A DNA stretch of 64,000 bases from an archaeon GW2011_AR15 (GTDB taxonomy: Archaea; Nanobdellota; Nanobdellia; Woesearchaeales; GW2011-AR15). The position numbers were made by a program, and so were the translations under genes. The stretch is from assembly GCA_000830295.1 (NCBI GenBank), contig CP010425.1, positions 288,001-352,000 of the forward strand. Direction: 5' to 3'. The notes beneath the pieces are model-generated. The model was not told the DNA's origin and ran no database searches. It saw nothing but the letters and a program-made list of their open reading frames with translations. Positions 47,121 to 56,418 of this stretch are shown in pieces (position 1 is the stretch's first letter; each line of letters begins with the position of its first letter).

Positions 47121-48052
47121 GCTGCTTTCAGTTTCCTGACCATTTCTATTGACCACAGCCTGAAGAATGCTGCTACAGGGACAAATATTACGGATATTGC
47201 ATATATAATCAGCAGGATGACAACCGCTGCGTATGTAGCAGTCACAATTATGGCTGCTGTCTGGGATGCCATCAAAAGCAGGAAATAAATCCCCAGGCCT
47301 ATAAGGGCAAATGGTATCAAGAGGATTATTGCCACGAATATGGCCAGGATAATTGTTGCTATGTTAAGCGCAATGGAAAGCCCGACTTTTATAAGCCAGT
47401 AAAGGCCTATCTCCCCTTTCCTGTCCCTGATTTTCTTAATAACGTGGTGCCATGCCCTTGCAAACCTGTAATTTTTCAGGTACATTACCGGCATTACAAA
47501 GTCATAGACTATGAACCAGAATATGATAAGTGCCAGGAAGAATATGAAGAATCCGAGGAACATCGGCACAAACAGCCAGTAGTTGAAACTTGATAATGTG
47601 CCGTTGAGGAGGGCTATTATGACCGGTGACAATATAACGGCAATGCCTGCAATGGTTATCATGCCTGTAATCAGCTTGACGAAAAATATGTTCAGGCCCA
47701 ATGAATGGTTTGCCCTGAAGCTTTTCCTTATCTTTATGCTTTTATGGAGCACCCCTTCAATGAACATGAACGTGAAGACGCTGTTTAGATAGGTGAAAAA
47801 GAGCATGAGCACGAAAAAGGCAATAAAGGCTATCCCAAGCAGGAGGCCGTATCTGGTTATAAAACTGGCAAAATTCACATCAGGCGACTCTGAGGAGGTA
47901 CTATAGCTATTTCCTCCTGAGAACCCGTTCCCGGGCCTTCCGCCAAACAGGTTAATGAACCCCATGCGGAGCCAGTATGCCCTGTCTATCGGAAAAAATA
48001 GTTTCTTTGTTTTGCTGAAAGCAGAATTCAGAGTATCAATTGCCACAGTCAT
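47117..48052 (-). CDS. Multi-pass membrane protein
   Basis: 6-7 TM segments. Confidence 0.8.
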   Translation of the reverse strand: MTVAIDTLNSAFSKTKKLFFPIDRAYWLRMGFINLFGGRPGNGFSGGNSYSTSSESPDVNFASFITRYGLLLGIAFIAFFVLMLFFTYLNSVFTFMFIEGVLHKSIKIRKSFRANHSLGLNIFFVKLITGMITIAGIAVILSPVIIALLNGTLSSFNYWLFVPMFLGFFIFFLALIIFWFIVYDFVMPVMYLKNYRFARAWHHVIKKIRDRKGEIGLYWLIKVGLSIALNIATIILAIFVAIILLIPFALIGLGIYFLLLMASQTAAIIVTATYAAVVILLIIYAISVIFVPVAAFFRLWSIEMVRKLKAA

Positions 48053-48084
48053 GGGATATTTTTGGGCGTCCTAGTATAAAAATA

Positions 48085-48774
48085 TTATTGTTTCAGGCAG
48101 AAATTTACAGTGCTTTCGGCAAAAATCTTCATTGTATCATATATTTCAAGTTTATCATGCTCAGGCATCAGCAGCTGCAGGTCTGTGCACGCAAGAATCA
48201 CCGCATCTGCTTTTCCTTCAAATTTATTTATCATAGTTACAAGCTTTCTTTTATCTTTTTCAGCATGCCTGCTCAGGACAATGTTGTTTATAATCTCTCC
48301 GAGCATCGCCTGGTCTTTATCATGCGGAACAATCTGTGATATGCCTTCTTTTTTGAGGGCTGTCTCGTATAACCCGGATTTAAGGGCTGTCCTTGTTGCC
48401 AGCAGCCCAACATTACGGAACTTCTTCTCCCTGAGGAATTTTGCAGTCTCTTCCACTATGCTCAAGACCGGGATTTTGACTGCTTTCCTTATATCTTCTA
48501 TAAATATGTGAAGGGAATTGCATGGCATGACAATAAAATCCGCTCCCCCTCTCTCGAGCTTTTTCGCTCCGGCAACAAGATAGGGTATGTATCTTTCCTC
48601 TCCCTTTGAGCTCCTTATCAGGTCTTCTTCTATATCATATCTCAGGGGGACATTCCATATTAGTATCGGCGGCCGCTGCTGCTTATTCTTCTTATAGCTG
48701 CCAAACACAATCTCAAGGTAGAATTCCGCTGTTGTTTCAGGCCCTAATCCCCCTATAACACCTATTGTTTTCAT
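48085..48774 (-). CDS. Aspartate/glutamate racemase family protein
   Basis: IGVIGGLGP, PCNSLH and LACTDL (both catalytic Cys). Confidence 0.92.
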   Translation of the reverse strand: MKTIGVIGGLGPETTAEFYLEIVFGSYKKNKQQRPPILIWNVPLRYDIEEDLIRSSKGEERYIPYLVAGAKKLERGGADFIVMPCNSLHIFIEDIRKAVKIPVLSIVEETAKFLREKKFRNVGLLATRTALKSGLYETALKKEGISQIVPHDKDQAMLGEIINNIVLSRHAEKDKRKLVTMINKFEGKADAVILACTDLQLLMPEHDKLEIYDTMKIFAESTVNFCLKQ

Positions 48775-48872
48775 CTGGGCTAGGAGTATCCCGGTTATTA
48801 TAAAAACATTATCATATTTTTCCTATAAATTTAAATAGTTAAAGTGCAGAATTGGTATACAGAGGTGTTTTT

Positions 48873-49097
48873 ATGGCAAAGAGAGTATTCAAATTCGCTC
48901 CCTTGAATGGCGCATTTATGGCAACATCAATACTTGGAGTGCTGATTTCGCTTATGTATGTCTACCCAAGGTCAAGTGACTGGGGTGTCACATTTACACT
49001 GGTGTTCGGGGCTATGTTCCTTGCTGCCATGGCTTCCATGACCCACGCTGATCCTGACACCTTCGTGGAGATTGAGACCAAGAACAGAAGAAAGTAA
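48873..49097 (+). CDS. Small 2-TM membrane protein
   Basis: MAKRVFKFAPL..., GAGGTG SD. Confidence 0.7.
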   Translation: MAKRVFKFAPLNGAFMATSILGVLISLMYVYPRSSDWGVTFTLVFGAMFLAAMASMTHADPDTFVEIETKNRRK

Positions 49098-49400
49098 TTA
49101 TTTTTTGAATTCTTTATCAAACTTTTCCTTAGCCTTGTTTTCCTTGTAGAATATCTCGTGGCTTGCCCTCTTGTCAAATAAGGAAAGTGCCATGTTGACC
49201 ATGTCTGTCTGGTAGGGCTTCAGCCCTTTGGATTTCATTATCTCCCTTGCATCATCTATGCTTTCCTTCATCCTCTGGATATTTTCCTTCCTTGCAAGGA
49301 CTTCCTGCTCTTTCTCCTCTGCCTCGCTTAGCTCTATCTCTTCCCATCTGGGATAGACGGATTTGTCAGTTGTCCTCGGGAATGATTTATTGAATGCCAT
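49098..49400 (-). CDS. Hypothetical protein
   Basis: 100-aa ORF. Confidence 0.7.
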   Translation of the reverse strand: MAFNKSFPRTTDKSVYPRWEEIELSEAEEKEQEVLARKENIQRMKESIDDAREIMKSKGLKPYQTDMVNMALSLFDKRASHEIFYKENKAKEKFDKEFKK

Positions 49401-49454
49401 AAAGATAGCTAATGAAAGAAGCTTTAAAAAGATTATGCAGATTATTGCGGAAAA

Positions 49455-50774
49455 TCAGAAATTGAATATTTTCTTGTCTGCAGGCAGCGCGACAGGAGCC
49501 TCTCCGCCGTGCCATGTGAACCTCGGCCTTACACGCATAGGATACATCTTTTCGTTGTTGTCATCCAGTATTATCGCTGCCCCTGCCTCTCTCGGCAGGT
49601 CATCAAGATATTTGTCAAGCCCCTGCCTCATGTAGGACTGCATCAGCATTCCCAGGGCATCTGTGTCCAGCTTTGCTGTTATCCTGTGGGAGATTATTAC
49701 GTCAGACTGGGTCATGACATCTGTATGTATCTTTCCTGGCTGCTGGCTCGCCAGCACAAGTGATATTCCCGGTTGCCTTCCTTCCCTCAGTATAGTAACC
49801 AGGGCGTCTGTTGCGGCTGTCTTGCCTGATGCAGGAAGGAACTCGTGCGCCTCGTCAATTATTATCCATACCATCGGGTATTCCATCTTCTCCTTTTCCT
49901 CTTCTGAAAAGAAGTGCACTGATTCGTGCACTGACTCAAACTCCTCCTCCCTTCTTGAGACCATTCTCTGGACAAAAAGTTTTTTTGAGACAAGTCCCGT
50001 AACAAGGGATTTTACGTCCCAGCCTCCGGGAGCTGTCGCATAGATGCTGACATCAAGGATTGATATCCTGCCTGGCTTTATTATTTCTGTCAGAGGCGTC
50101 CCTTCTTCATCAAAAAGCCCCCATGATTCCGCGCTGGCAAATAAGTTGGTTGCCTTGTCCTTTGCTCTTTGGGAGACTTTCGCATCCTTCTCCACACATG
50201 CTTTTATGTCTTTAAGCGAAAAGTCTTTTCCTGTGTCTTTCAGCTGGGTTATAACCCTCTCGAGAAGCACACCTTCTTCAGAATTCTTGTCCATGCCCAA
50301 TGTCAGTATCCAGTCATCGATATCCAGCTCGCTGGGCTTTATTGAGAACGGATAATCAACAGGGATTCCCTTCTCTTTGAAACTTGCGAAATAGCCCTTC
50401 GGCGTGAATACTGTAACATCAAGAGGCTTTGGCTTTATGCCCCATTCATCCAGTAAATCGCGCTCCTTCTGGTTTGGGTATTTCATGGTCCAGTAGATTC
50501 CCATTGTGTCCATTATAAGGACTGATATATTTGACCTTATTTCAGGAGGCAGGTCTGAAATCCCTTCTGCAATGACCCCCATTGTGAAGGATTTTCCTGA
50601 GCCTCTCTTGCCGCAGACAAAAACAACGTGGCTCCTTATCACATCAAGAAGTATGCTGCTTGACAGGGAAGTTTCCTGCCCCATCTTGACATAGTGCTTT
50701 CCCAGGAAAATTGTTCCGCTCAGCCCGTATTTCTGCAGGTCAGATTTATTCCTGCCAATGACGATATCATACAT
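49455..50774 (-). CDS. HerA/DUF87-like P-loop ATPase
   Basis: GKRGSGKS, DEAHEF, REGRQPG, ASQQP. Confidence 0.88.
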   Translation of the reverse strand: MYDIVIGRNKSDLQKYGLSGTIFLGKHYVKMGQETSLSSSILLDVIRSHVVFVCGKRGSGKSFTMGVIAEGISDLPPEIRSNISVLIMDTMGIYWTMKYPNQKERDLLDEWGIKPKPLDVTVFTPKGYFASFKEKGIPVDYPFSIKPSELDIDDWILTLGMDKNSEEGVLLERVITQLKDTGKDFSLKDIKACVEKDAKVSQRAKDKATNLFASAESWGLFDEEGTPLTEIIKPGRISILDVSIYATAPGGWDVKSLVTGLVSKKLFVQRMVSRREEEFESVHESVHFFSEEEKEKMEYPMVWIIIDEAHEFLPASGKTAATDALVTILREGRQPGISLVLASQQPGKIHTDVMTQSDVIISHRITAKLDTDALGMLMQSYMRQGLDKYLDDLPREAGAAIILDDNNEKMYPMRVRPRFTWHGGEAPVALPADKKIFNF

Positions 50775-50826
50775 AAGGATTAATGCTGGCTTAGAAGTTT
50801 ATATAATTTGTTGTTTAAATAGGGAA

Positions 50827-51450
50827 TCAGCCCAGCAGAGCCATTGCCCTGTTCATATTGGTCTCAGCCGCAACTTCATATTTATTCCTGAAGAATTCTG
50901 TCTGGTATATTGAGGGCCTTTTTTGCTTGTTCATGAAGCCCTCAAATATTTTCCTTGTCCCTGCAGCGAAATTTTCGTAAGGGATACGGGAGTATTCCTC
51001 TCTTATGTTTTTTCTGTTCCTGTTAAATTTTTCCCATGGCTGGCCTAATGTAGCAAGGTCAATATCTGCCATGAGCTTTGCATCGCCCTCCTCAGGGATA
51101 GTTTCATGTTTTGTTGCCATTATCAGATACCTTACTTTTTCAGCAAATGCCTCTGAAACTCCTGCTTTTACAAGAGTGCTATAAGCAAGATCTGCACTCT
51201 CTTTTTCATTATCTGCGCTGCCATCTGTCTCATAAATTACATCATGGTACCATATTGCCATTTCAAGAGCAAGCGGATCGCTGGCGAGATGCTTTGCAGT
51301 ATCAAATTCCGCCAGGCAGTCTTCAATATGCCAGATATTGTGGTATGCCCTGTGAGACTCAGTGTATCTTGCGTATAATTCTTCAAACTCTCTTTCGCCG
51401 CTTCCCTCTGCGCCTATCCTGCTCCATAAATCAAGAAATCTCTCCTTCAT
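50827..51450 (-). CDS. HD-superfamily hydrolase (COG4339-like)
   Basis: RAYHN, WYHDVIY, NEKESA, DIDL. Confidence 0.88.
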   Translation of the reverse strand: MKERFLDLWSRIGAEGSGEREFEELYARYTESHRAYHNIWHIEDCLAEFDTAKHLASDPLALEMAIWYHDVIYETDGSADNEKESADLAYSTLVKAGVSEAFAEKVRYLIMATKHETIPEEGDAKLMADIDLATLGQPWEKFNRNRKNIREEYSRIPYENFAAGTRKIFEGFMNKQKRPSIYQTEFFRNKYEVAAETNMNRAMALLG

Positions 51451-51535
51451 AGAAAAAGGTAATTTCCGCTTATTTTAATACCTATTTAAATCAACAACAA
51501 CCTTTTTATATCCTGTTGAATTTTGTATACTTCTC

Positions 51536-52309
51536 ATGGCTAAGAAAATTCCGAGAAAGAAGAAAAGCAGTTCTAAAAAGGAAAAAGCCAAAGTCCCTGA
51601 TATGAAGAAAAGGCAATATGCCACCATAGCGCTTGGCGGCGGAGTGGCTCTGCTTGTATTATTTGTTCTCGGCATGCTCTACGCCAACTCAGTTGAAGTT
51701 TCAGAGAACTCCCCTGCTCCTGTAAAATTTTTCAAGGGCATAAATAATGCCATCTTCCAAAAAAATAATGAAGTGGCTGCAGTTGTAAATGACGAAACAA
51801 TAACAATGGAAGAGCTTGACACCCTCTACGACCGGCTGCCTGAAGATTCAAAACAGTTTACAACAAAAAGCGACGTGCTGGAAAGCCTAATTGACGAGCG
51901 TGTGCTGCTGCAGGAGGCAGAAAAAAGAGGCTATACTGTTAGTGAGGAAGAGGTTGATCAGACTTTAAACAGGATACTTGAACTGAACAGCCTGACAGTC
52001 GAGCAGTATTCAGGCATGCTGGAGAGCGTCGGCTCCTCGCTGGAGGAGGCAAGGAATTATTACAGGAAAAGCCTGATGCTTAACAAATTGCTGAATGAAA
52101 CAGTCTACAGCAGGGTGCAGGTGACTGCAATAGAGATAAGGGACTACTACCTTGAAACCGTGAAGCCTGTATCCAATGCCACTTACGAGGAAGCTTATGA
52201 CCTGATAAATGAGACACTGACAGCAGACCAGCAGTCTGAATTGTTCTTTGAGTACCTTGATGAGGTAAAGAACAATTCAAACATAATCATATTCTATAAG
52301 GAAGAATAA
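51536..52309 (+). CDS. Membrane-anchored SurA N-terminal-domain chaperone
   Basis: TM anchor, AVVNDETIT, LIDERVLLQEA. Confidence 0.8.
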   Translation: MAKKIPRKKKSSSKKEKAKVPDMKKRQYATIALGGGVALLVLFVLGMLYANSVEVSENSPAPVKFFKGINNAIFQKNNEVAAVVNDETITMEELDTLYDRLPEDSKQFTTKSDVLESLIDERVLLQEAEKRGYTVSEEEVDQTLNRILELNSLTVEQYSGMLESVGSSLEEARNYYRKSLMLNKLLNETVYSRVQVTAIEIRDYYLETVKPVSNATYEEAYDLINETLTADQQSELFFEYLDEVKNNSNIIIFYKEE

Positions 52310-52325
52310 ATTAAAAATAAAATTA

Positions 52326-53540
52326 TTAAAAGTCTTCAACAGTCATCAGATTGACCTTTGTGCTCCTGCCCTTTACTTTGTTGTCCATTCCTATAAGGAA
52401 GTCAACTCTTGCTTTTTCTGCTGCTTCAAGAAGGTCCTTTTCTATTGCTCCGTCAAATATCACTGCATGGACGCCTGTATTGAGGGATTTCAGCGTTGTG
52501 TTCAGCTCTGAAATCGGGACTTTTCCGAGGATATTGAGCTTGCTGTCCAGCACATATGCCCCTCTTGTCCCTACAAGGTCTTCAAGCATCTCACTGAAGG
52601 TATCTTTCTCTGCCGTTGTTATTTTTGAATGAGTCTCTTTCTCTTCCGGCTTTGGCATCTGCCTGCCCTGCACCGGCTTTGGCCTTTCAATGGCCCTCCT
52701 TGGAGCTGATGCTGATTCCATCTTCATCTGCTCTGCAGATACCTTGCTCCTAAGGGCCTTATGTATCTCCTTCTTTGTCAGTTCCTCAACTTCCTTTCCG
52801 TCAGGGGCTCTTGCCACAAAATCAACCTCTGTAACGCTCATAAGCTCCTGCACTATGAGGTTTCCTCCCCTGTCTCCGTCAACAAAAGCTGTAAGCACCT
52901 TTGATTTCCCAAGCTCTATAATCTCAGGAGGGACTGATGTGCCGTTAAGCGCTATGACATTCTTGAATCCGTGCTTAAGAAGTGTCAGGACATCCGCCCT
53001 TCCTTCCACAACAACGACTTCCTCTGACTCATCGACTGACGGGCCAGCTGGCAGCCTGCCGCGGCCATACTCCTGTATTTCCATAACTCTTACAGAATAG
53101 GCCACTTCATCGCTCAGCTCCTGGGAATCAGGCATGGTCTCTTCCATCATCTGCCTTAGCAGGGTCTTGGCCCTGTCAATGACATGGTTTCTCTTTGATA
53201 TCCTTATGTCTTCTATCTTGCTGACTTCAATCTTGGCAGTGCAGGGGCCTATCCTCTGGATGACTTCCAAAGCAGCGCCGACTATTGCTGTCTCTGCCTT
53301 GTCAAGGCTTGAAGGTATCAGTATTGAGCCTACTGTCTTCCCTGATTTTGTCTCTGTGTCTACCTCTATCCTTCCTATCCTGCCTGATCTCTGAAGCTCT
53401 CTCAGTTCAAGCTCACTTCCGAGAAGCCCTTCTGTCTGGCCGAAGACAGCGCCTATTACGTCCGGCCTGTCTACAACGCCGTCTATGTTTATGCCTGCGT
53501 GAATGATATATTTAGCTGATACTGGGCTTATTTTTCCCAT
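52326..53540 (-). CDS. dnaG: Archaeal DnaG (TOPRIM primase-like, exosome-associated)
   Basis: DVIGAVFGQTEGLLG, VEGRADV, DGDRGG, EVEEL. Confidence 0.96.
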   Translation of the reverse strand: MGKISPVSAKYIIHAGINIDGVVDRPDVIGAVFGQTEGLLGSELELRELQRSGRIGRIEVDTETKSGKTVGSILIPSSLDKAETAIVGAALEVIQRIGPCTAKIEVSKIEDIRISKRNHVIDRAKTLLRQMMEETMPDSQELSDEVAYSVRVMEIQEYGRGRLPAGPSVDESEEVVVVEGRADVLTLLKHGFKNVIALNGTSVPPEIIELGKSKVLTAFVDGDRGGNLIVQELMSVTEVDFVARAPDGKEVEELTKKEIHKALRSKVSAEQMKMESASAPRRAIERPKPVQGRQMPKPEEKETHSKITTAEKDTFSEMLEDLVGTRGAYVLDSKLNILGKVPISELNTTLKSLNTGVHAVIFDGAIEKDLLEAAEKARVDFLIGMDNKVKGRSTKVNLMTVEDF

Positions 53541-53554
53541 TGTTATCTCCTCCT

Positions 53555-53635
53555 CTAAAGCCCGGCATAAGAAATATCGGTTATATCAGGTTCTTCAAAA
53601 ATCTCCTGCAATCTGCTGAATGAAATGATGAACAT
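53555..53635 (-). CDS. Putative 26-aa uORF upstream of dnaG
   Basis: AAGGAG SD then MFIISFSRLQEIFEEPDITDISYAGL*; stop abuts the dnaG SD (AGGAGG). Confidence 0.45.
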   Translation of the reverse strand: MFIISFSRLQEIFEEPDITDISYAGL

Positions 53636-53677
53636 GATTGTTTCTCCTTATGCCTTGGCCATTGTAATGATTTGTTT

Positions 53678-53920
53678 AATAAGAACAAGCAATGTCTGCT
53701 TTACCCTAACTTACTTATGTGATGAATGTGATGAGTGTGAGCTTACTTGTCCTTATTCGTTGAGCGTAATAAAATATTGTCGCCCGAGACACTAACTCCC
53801 AGGTTCATAGCTTGTCTTTGACGTATGCTTCCCCGGGTACTCTCGTGACGGGCTGTATTACGCAAGAGTGTCTCAAACTCATTGAGTTCCCTACAAGGGA
53901 ATCTCATAAGAGGACCCATT
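53678..53920 (-). ncRNA. Candidate structured, pseudoknotted RNA upstream of dnaG
   Basis: Several long helices (see findings); G-U pairs favour the minus strand; TTTATAAA promoter at ~53952-53959. Confidence 0.65.
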
Positions 53921-54024
53921 TGTGTAATTAGGAAAAGGGATATAAAAAGGCTTTATAAAGGTTTGTGTCATAATATAAAAAATTGCAAAATTTTTAAATA
54001 TCCTATGATGTTCTTTCATCTGAA

Positions 54025-54732
54025 ATGAGTTTAATAGAGAATGTTCCAAGGCACCTTGGGATAATCATGGACGGGAACAGGAGATTTGCCAGAAGGCTGA
54101 CTGCAAAGCCCTGGAAAGGCCATGAATGGGGCGCAAAAAAACTTGCGTCTGTGCTTGAATGGTGCAGGGAATACGACATAAAAGAACTTACAGTCTATAC
54201 TTTTTCTATCCAGAACTTCAACAGGCCGAAAGAGGAGTTTGACTTCCTCATGGCTATTTTTGACAGGAATTTCGAGGAGCTGAAGAAAGACAAGAGGATA
54301 TACGAGAAGAGGATAAGGATAAATGTCATAGGAAGGCTCTGGATGTTCCCTGAAAGCATACAGAAACGAATGAAAGAGATAATGGAGCTAACAAAAGAGC
54401 ATGACCAGTATATTATAAATTTCGCAATGGCCTACGGCGGCAGGGAAGAGGTCATTGACGCTGCCATGAAGATAGCCAGGAAAGCTGTTTCAGGCGAGAT
54501 TAAGGTGGATGACATAAACGAGGAAGTTTTCAAAAACAGCCTTTACATCAAATCAGAGCCCGACCTGATAATAAGGACCGGCGGGGAAAAGAGAAGCTCT
54601 AATTTCCTTGCATTCCAGAGCGCTTATTCCGAGTATATTTTCATAGAAAAGATGTGGCCTGAGTTTGAGAAAGAGGATTTCGTGGCCTGTCTTGAGGAAT
54701 ATTCACAGAGAAAAAGGAGATTTGGGGTTTAG
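54025..54732 (+). CDS. uppS: cis-prenyltransferase (UppS family)
   Basis: IMDGNRR, FSIQNFNR, YGGREE, RTGGEKRSSNFL. Confidence 0.96.
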   Translation: MSLIENVPRHLGIIMDGNRRFARRLTAKPWKGHEWGAKKLASVLEWCREYDIKELTVYTFSIQNFNRPKEEFDFLMAIFDRNFEELKKDKRIYEKRIRINVIGRLWMFPESIQKRMKEIMELTKEHDQYIINFAMAYGGREEVIDAAMKIARKAVSGEIKVDDINEEVFKNSLYIKSEPDLIIRTGGEKRSSNFLAFQSAYSEYIFIEKMWPEFEKEDFVACLEEYSQRKRRFGV

Positions 54733-55196
54733 GAAACTGTCGCCCTTATCTTTCCTGTTGCTGTCCTTTCTATCTGGCTTCCTACTGTGTAGAAAGTTAG
54801 GGTTATGTCTCCCTGTATTTTCTTGCCGGAAGGGACCTGGATATCGCAGTCAAGGGTTACTACATCGCTCAATACTCCGTTTACAAGAATCCCTGTAACA
54901 TTTGCAGGAGAGCATCCCCACAATCCCTCATTATCCCCCTCGCCTTCTATAGTAACTGTGAAGCCATCTATATTTTTGCCGAGGGTGTTCCTCAGCTCAA
55001 GCTGGACGCTGTCCTGGAGGACCGCATAATTCTCGCATGTAAATGCATTTGAAATATCGCATCTGTCAGGAAGAAGCCTTCCGAGGTCAATCACTCCGAA
55101 GCCTATCAGTGCTCCTATTGCAAGCATGACTATAAGTATTGTAACTCCGTATATAAGCAGCGTTTCAACTGCTACCTGCGCCTTTCTTGTTCTCAT
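54729..55196 (-). CDS. Type IV pilin-like protein with class III signal peptide
   Basis: RKAQ/VAVE followed by a hydrophobic helix. Confidence 0.8.
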   Translation of the reverse strand: MRTRKAQVAVETLLIYGVTILIVMLAIGALIGFGVIDLGRLLPDRCDISNAFTCENYAVLQDSVQLELRNTLGKNIDGFTVTIEGEGDNEGLWGCSPANVTGILVNGVLSDVVTLDCDIQVPSGKKIQGDITLTFYTVGSQIERTATGKIRATVS

Positions 55197-55848
55197 TTTT
55201 ACCCTTTTTTAGCTTTTCTGCTATTGATGATAATTCATTGATATTTTCTGTAAATCTGGGAAGCACTTTTGAGAATACTTTTTCCATTGCCTGTATCTCT
55301 GAGCCGACTTCCTGTATGTGCTTGTCATAGTCATTTACCTTGCTGAGGATTGCCCTCTGCAAGTCTGAAAAATTCTCCCTGAGCCCTGCCAGAGTTACTT
55401 CCATCTCCGAAACTCTTGACTCAACCTTGTTTTTCCAGTCAACAATCTTGTTGACATCCTTGACAAGCTCTTCCCATTTCTCTTCAATGACAGCCTCGAC
55501 CAGTTCCTCAACCTTGACCTGGTTTTCATCAAAACTTGTATCCTGCTGTGGTGCCTGGTAATTACTGCTCTGCTGCTGTCTTTCCTCTTCCATCGGCGGC
55601 TGCGTGAATATCTCCTGGTCCAGTTCAGACTCCTGCTGTGGCATTGGATATGACTGCCTTGGCGGCTGGCCGCCGCTGATAGGCTGCATGTTCCCCTCAA
55701 CTGCTATTTTTGTATCCGCCTGGCTCATCGCATCAAATATCTGCGTATTGGAGTATCCCTGCCTCTGCAGGTTCTGGATTATCTCGTTGTTGGAGAGCCC
55801 TCTCTGTTTCATTTCCATTATATCATTCATAGGAGAACCGCTTGCCAT
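55165..55848 (-). CDS. Hypothetical coiled-coil protein
   Basis: Small N domain, Q/P-rich linker, long heptad region. Confidence 0.75.
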   Translation of the reverse strand: MASGSPMNDIMEMKQRGLSNNEIIQNLQRQGYSNTQIFDAMSQADTKIAVEGNMQPISGGQPPRQSYPMPQQESELDQEIFTQPPMEEERQQQSSNYQAPQQDTSFDENQVKVEELVEAVIEEKWEELVKDVNKIVDWKNKVESRVSEMEVTLAGLRENFSDLQRAILSKVNDYDKHIQEVGSEIQAMEKVFSKVLPRFTENINELSSIAEKLKKGKNENKKGAGSS

Positions 55849-55892
55849 TTTCCAGTATCAGCTAAGAATATTAGCATATATATAACTTTCGT

Positions 55893-56345
55893 TCATTTTT
55901 TCTCTCTAATGAGCTTCTCTGCCTCTGCCCTTGTAATGAAATCAAGGGGCTGCCAGTAATCAAGATATTTTGATATGACATTGAGGTCTGCCTTGCTGAC
56001 CGCCTGGCTCACTTCCTCACTAAGCTTTGACAACTTGTCAGCCATTTCCGCCATTGAATTCCTCAGCTCTGATATAGATTCATTGAGGGCATTTATTTCG
56101 CTGAAAATCTCTTTTGTGTCATCCAGCATATTTTCCTCAGTGAACTGGGCCTTCTTCCTTATCTGGGAATATCTCTCTTCAAGAAGCCTTATTCTCCTCA
56201 TTATTTCCTCCATCTGCCTTGAGACTTCCTCGGGGACTGCGGGGGCCTTTTTTGGCTGGGGCTGGGGAACCGGAGAAGGCGGCGGTGCGGAAGCTGGAAA
56301 TTGCTGCGGATTTCCCTGGCTATCGGCCTGTTTTTTATCTGCCAT
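55893..56345 (-). CDS. Hypothetical coiled-coil protein
   Basis: P-rich N-terminus plus heptad region. Confidence 0.75.
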   Translation of the reverse strand: MADKKQADSQGNPQQFPASAPPPSPVPQPQPKKAPAVPEEVSRQMEEIMRRIRLLEERYSQIRKKAQFTEENMLDDTKEIFSEINALNESISELRNSMAEMADKLSKLSEEVSQAVSKADLNVISKYLDYWQPLDFITRAEAEKLIREKK

Positions 56346-56418
56346 TCTAAAAGAGGAATTTTTTTAAAGTATAGAACAATTGTTTATGCCTATACTATAT
56401 AAAATTTGCTAGACTAAA

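Noticed and set aside
53701-53712. CCCTAAC / TTAGGG telomere-like hexamer in the dnaG-leader RNA loop
   Set aside because: A single 6-7-mer is expected by chance; no reverse transcriptase in the window.
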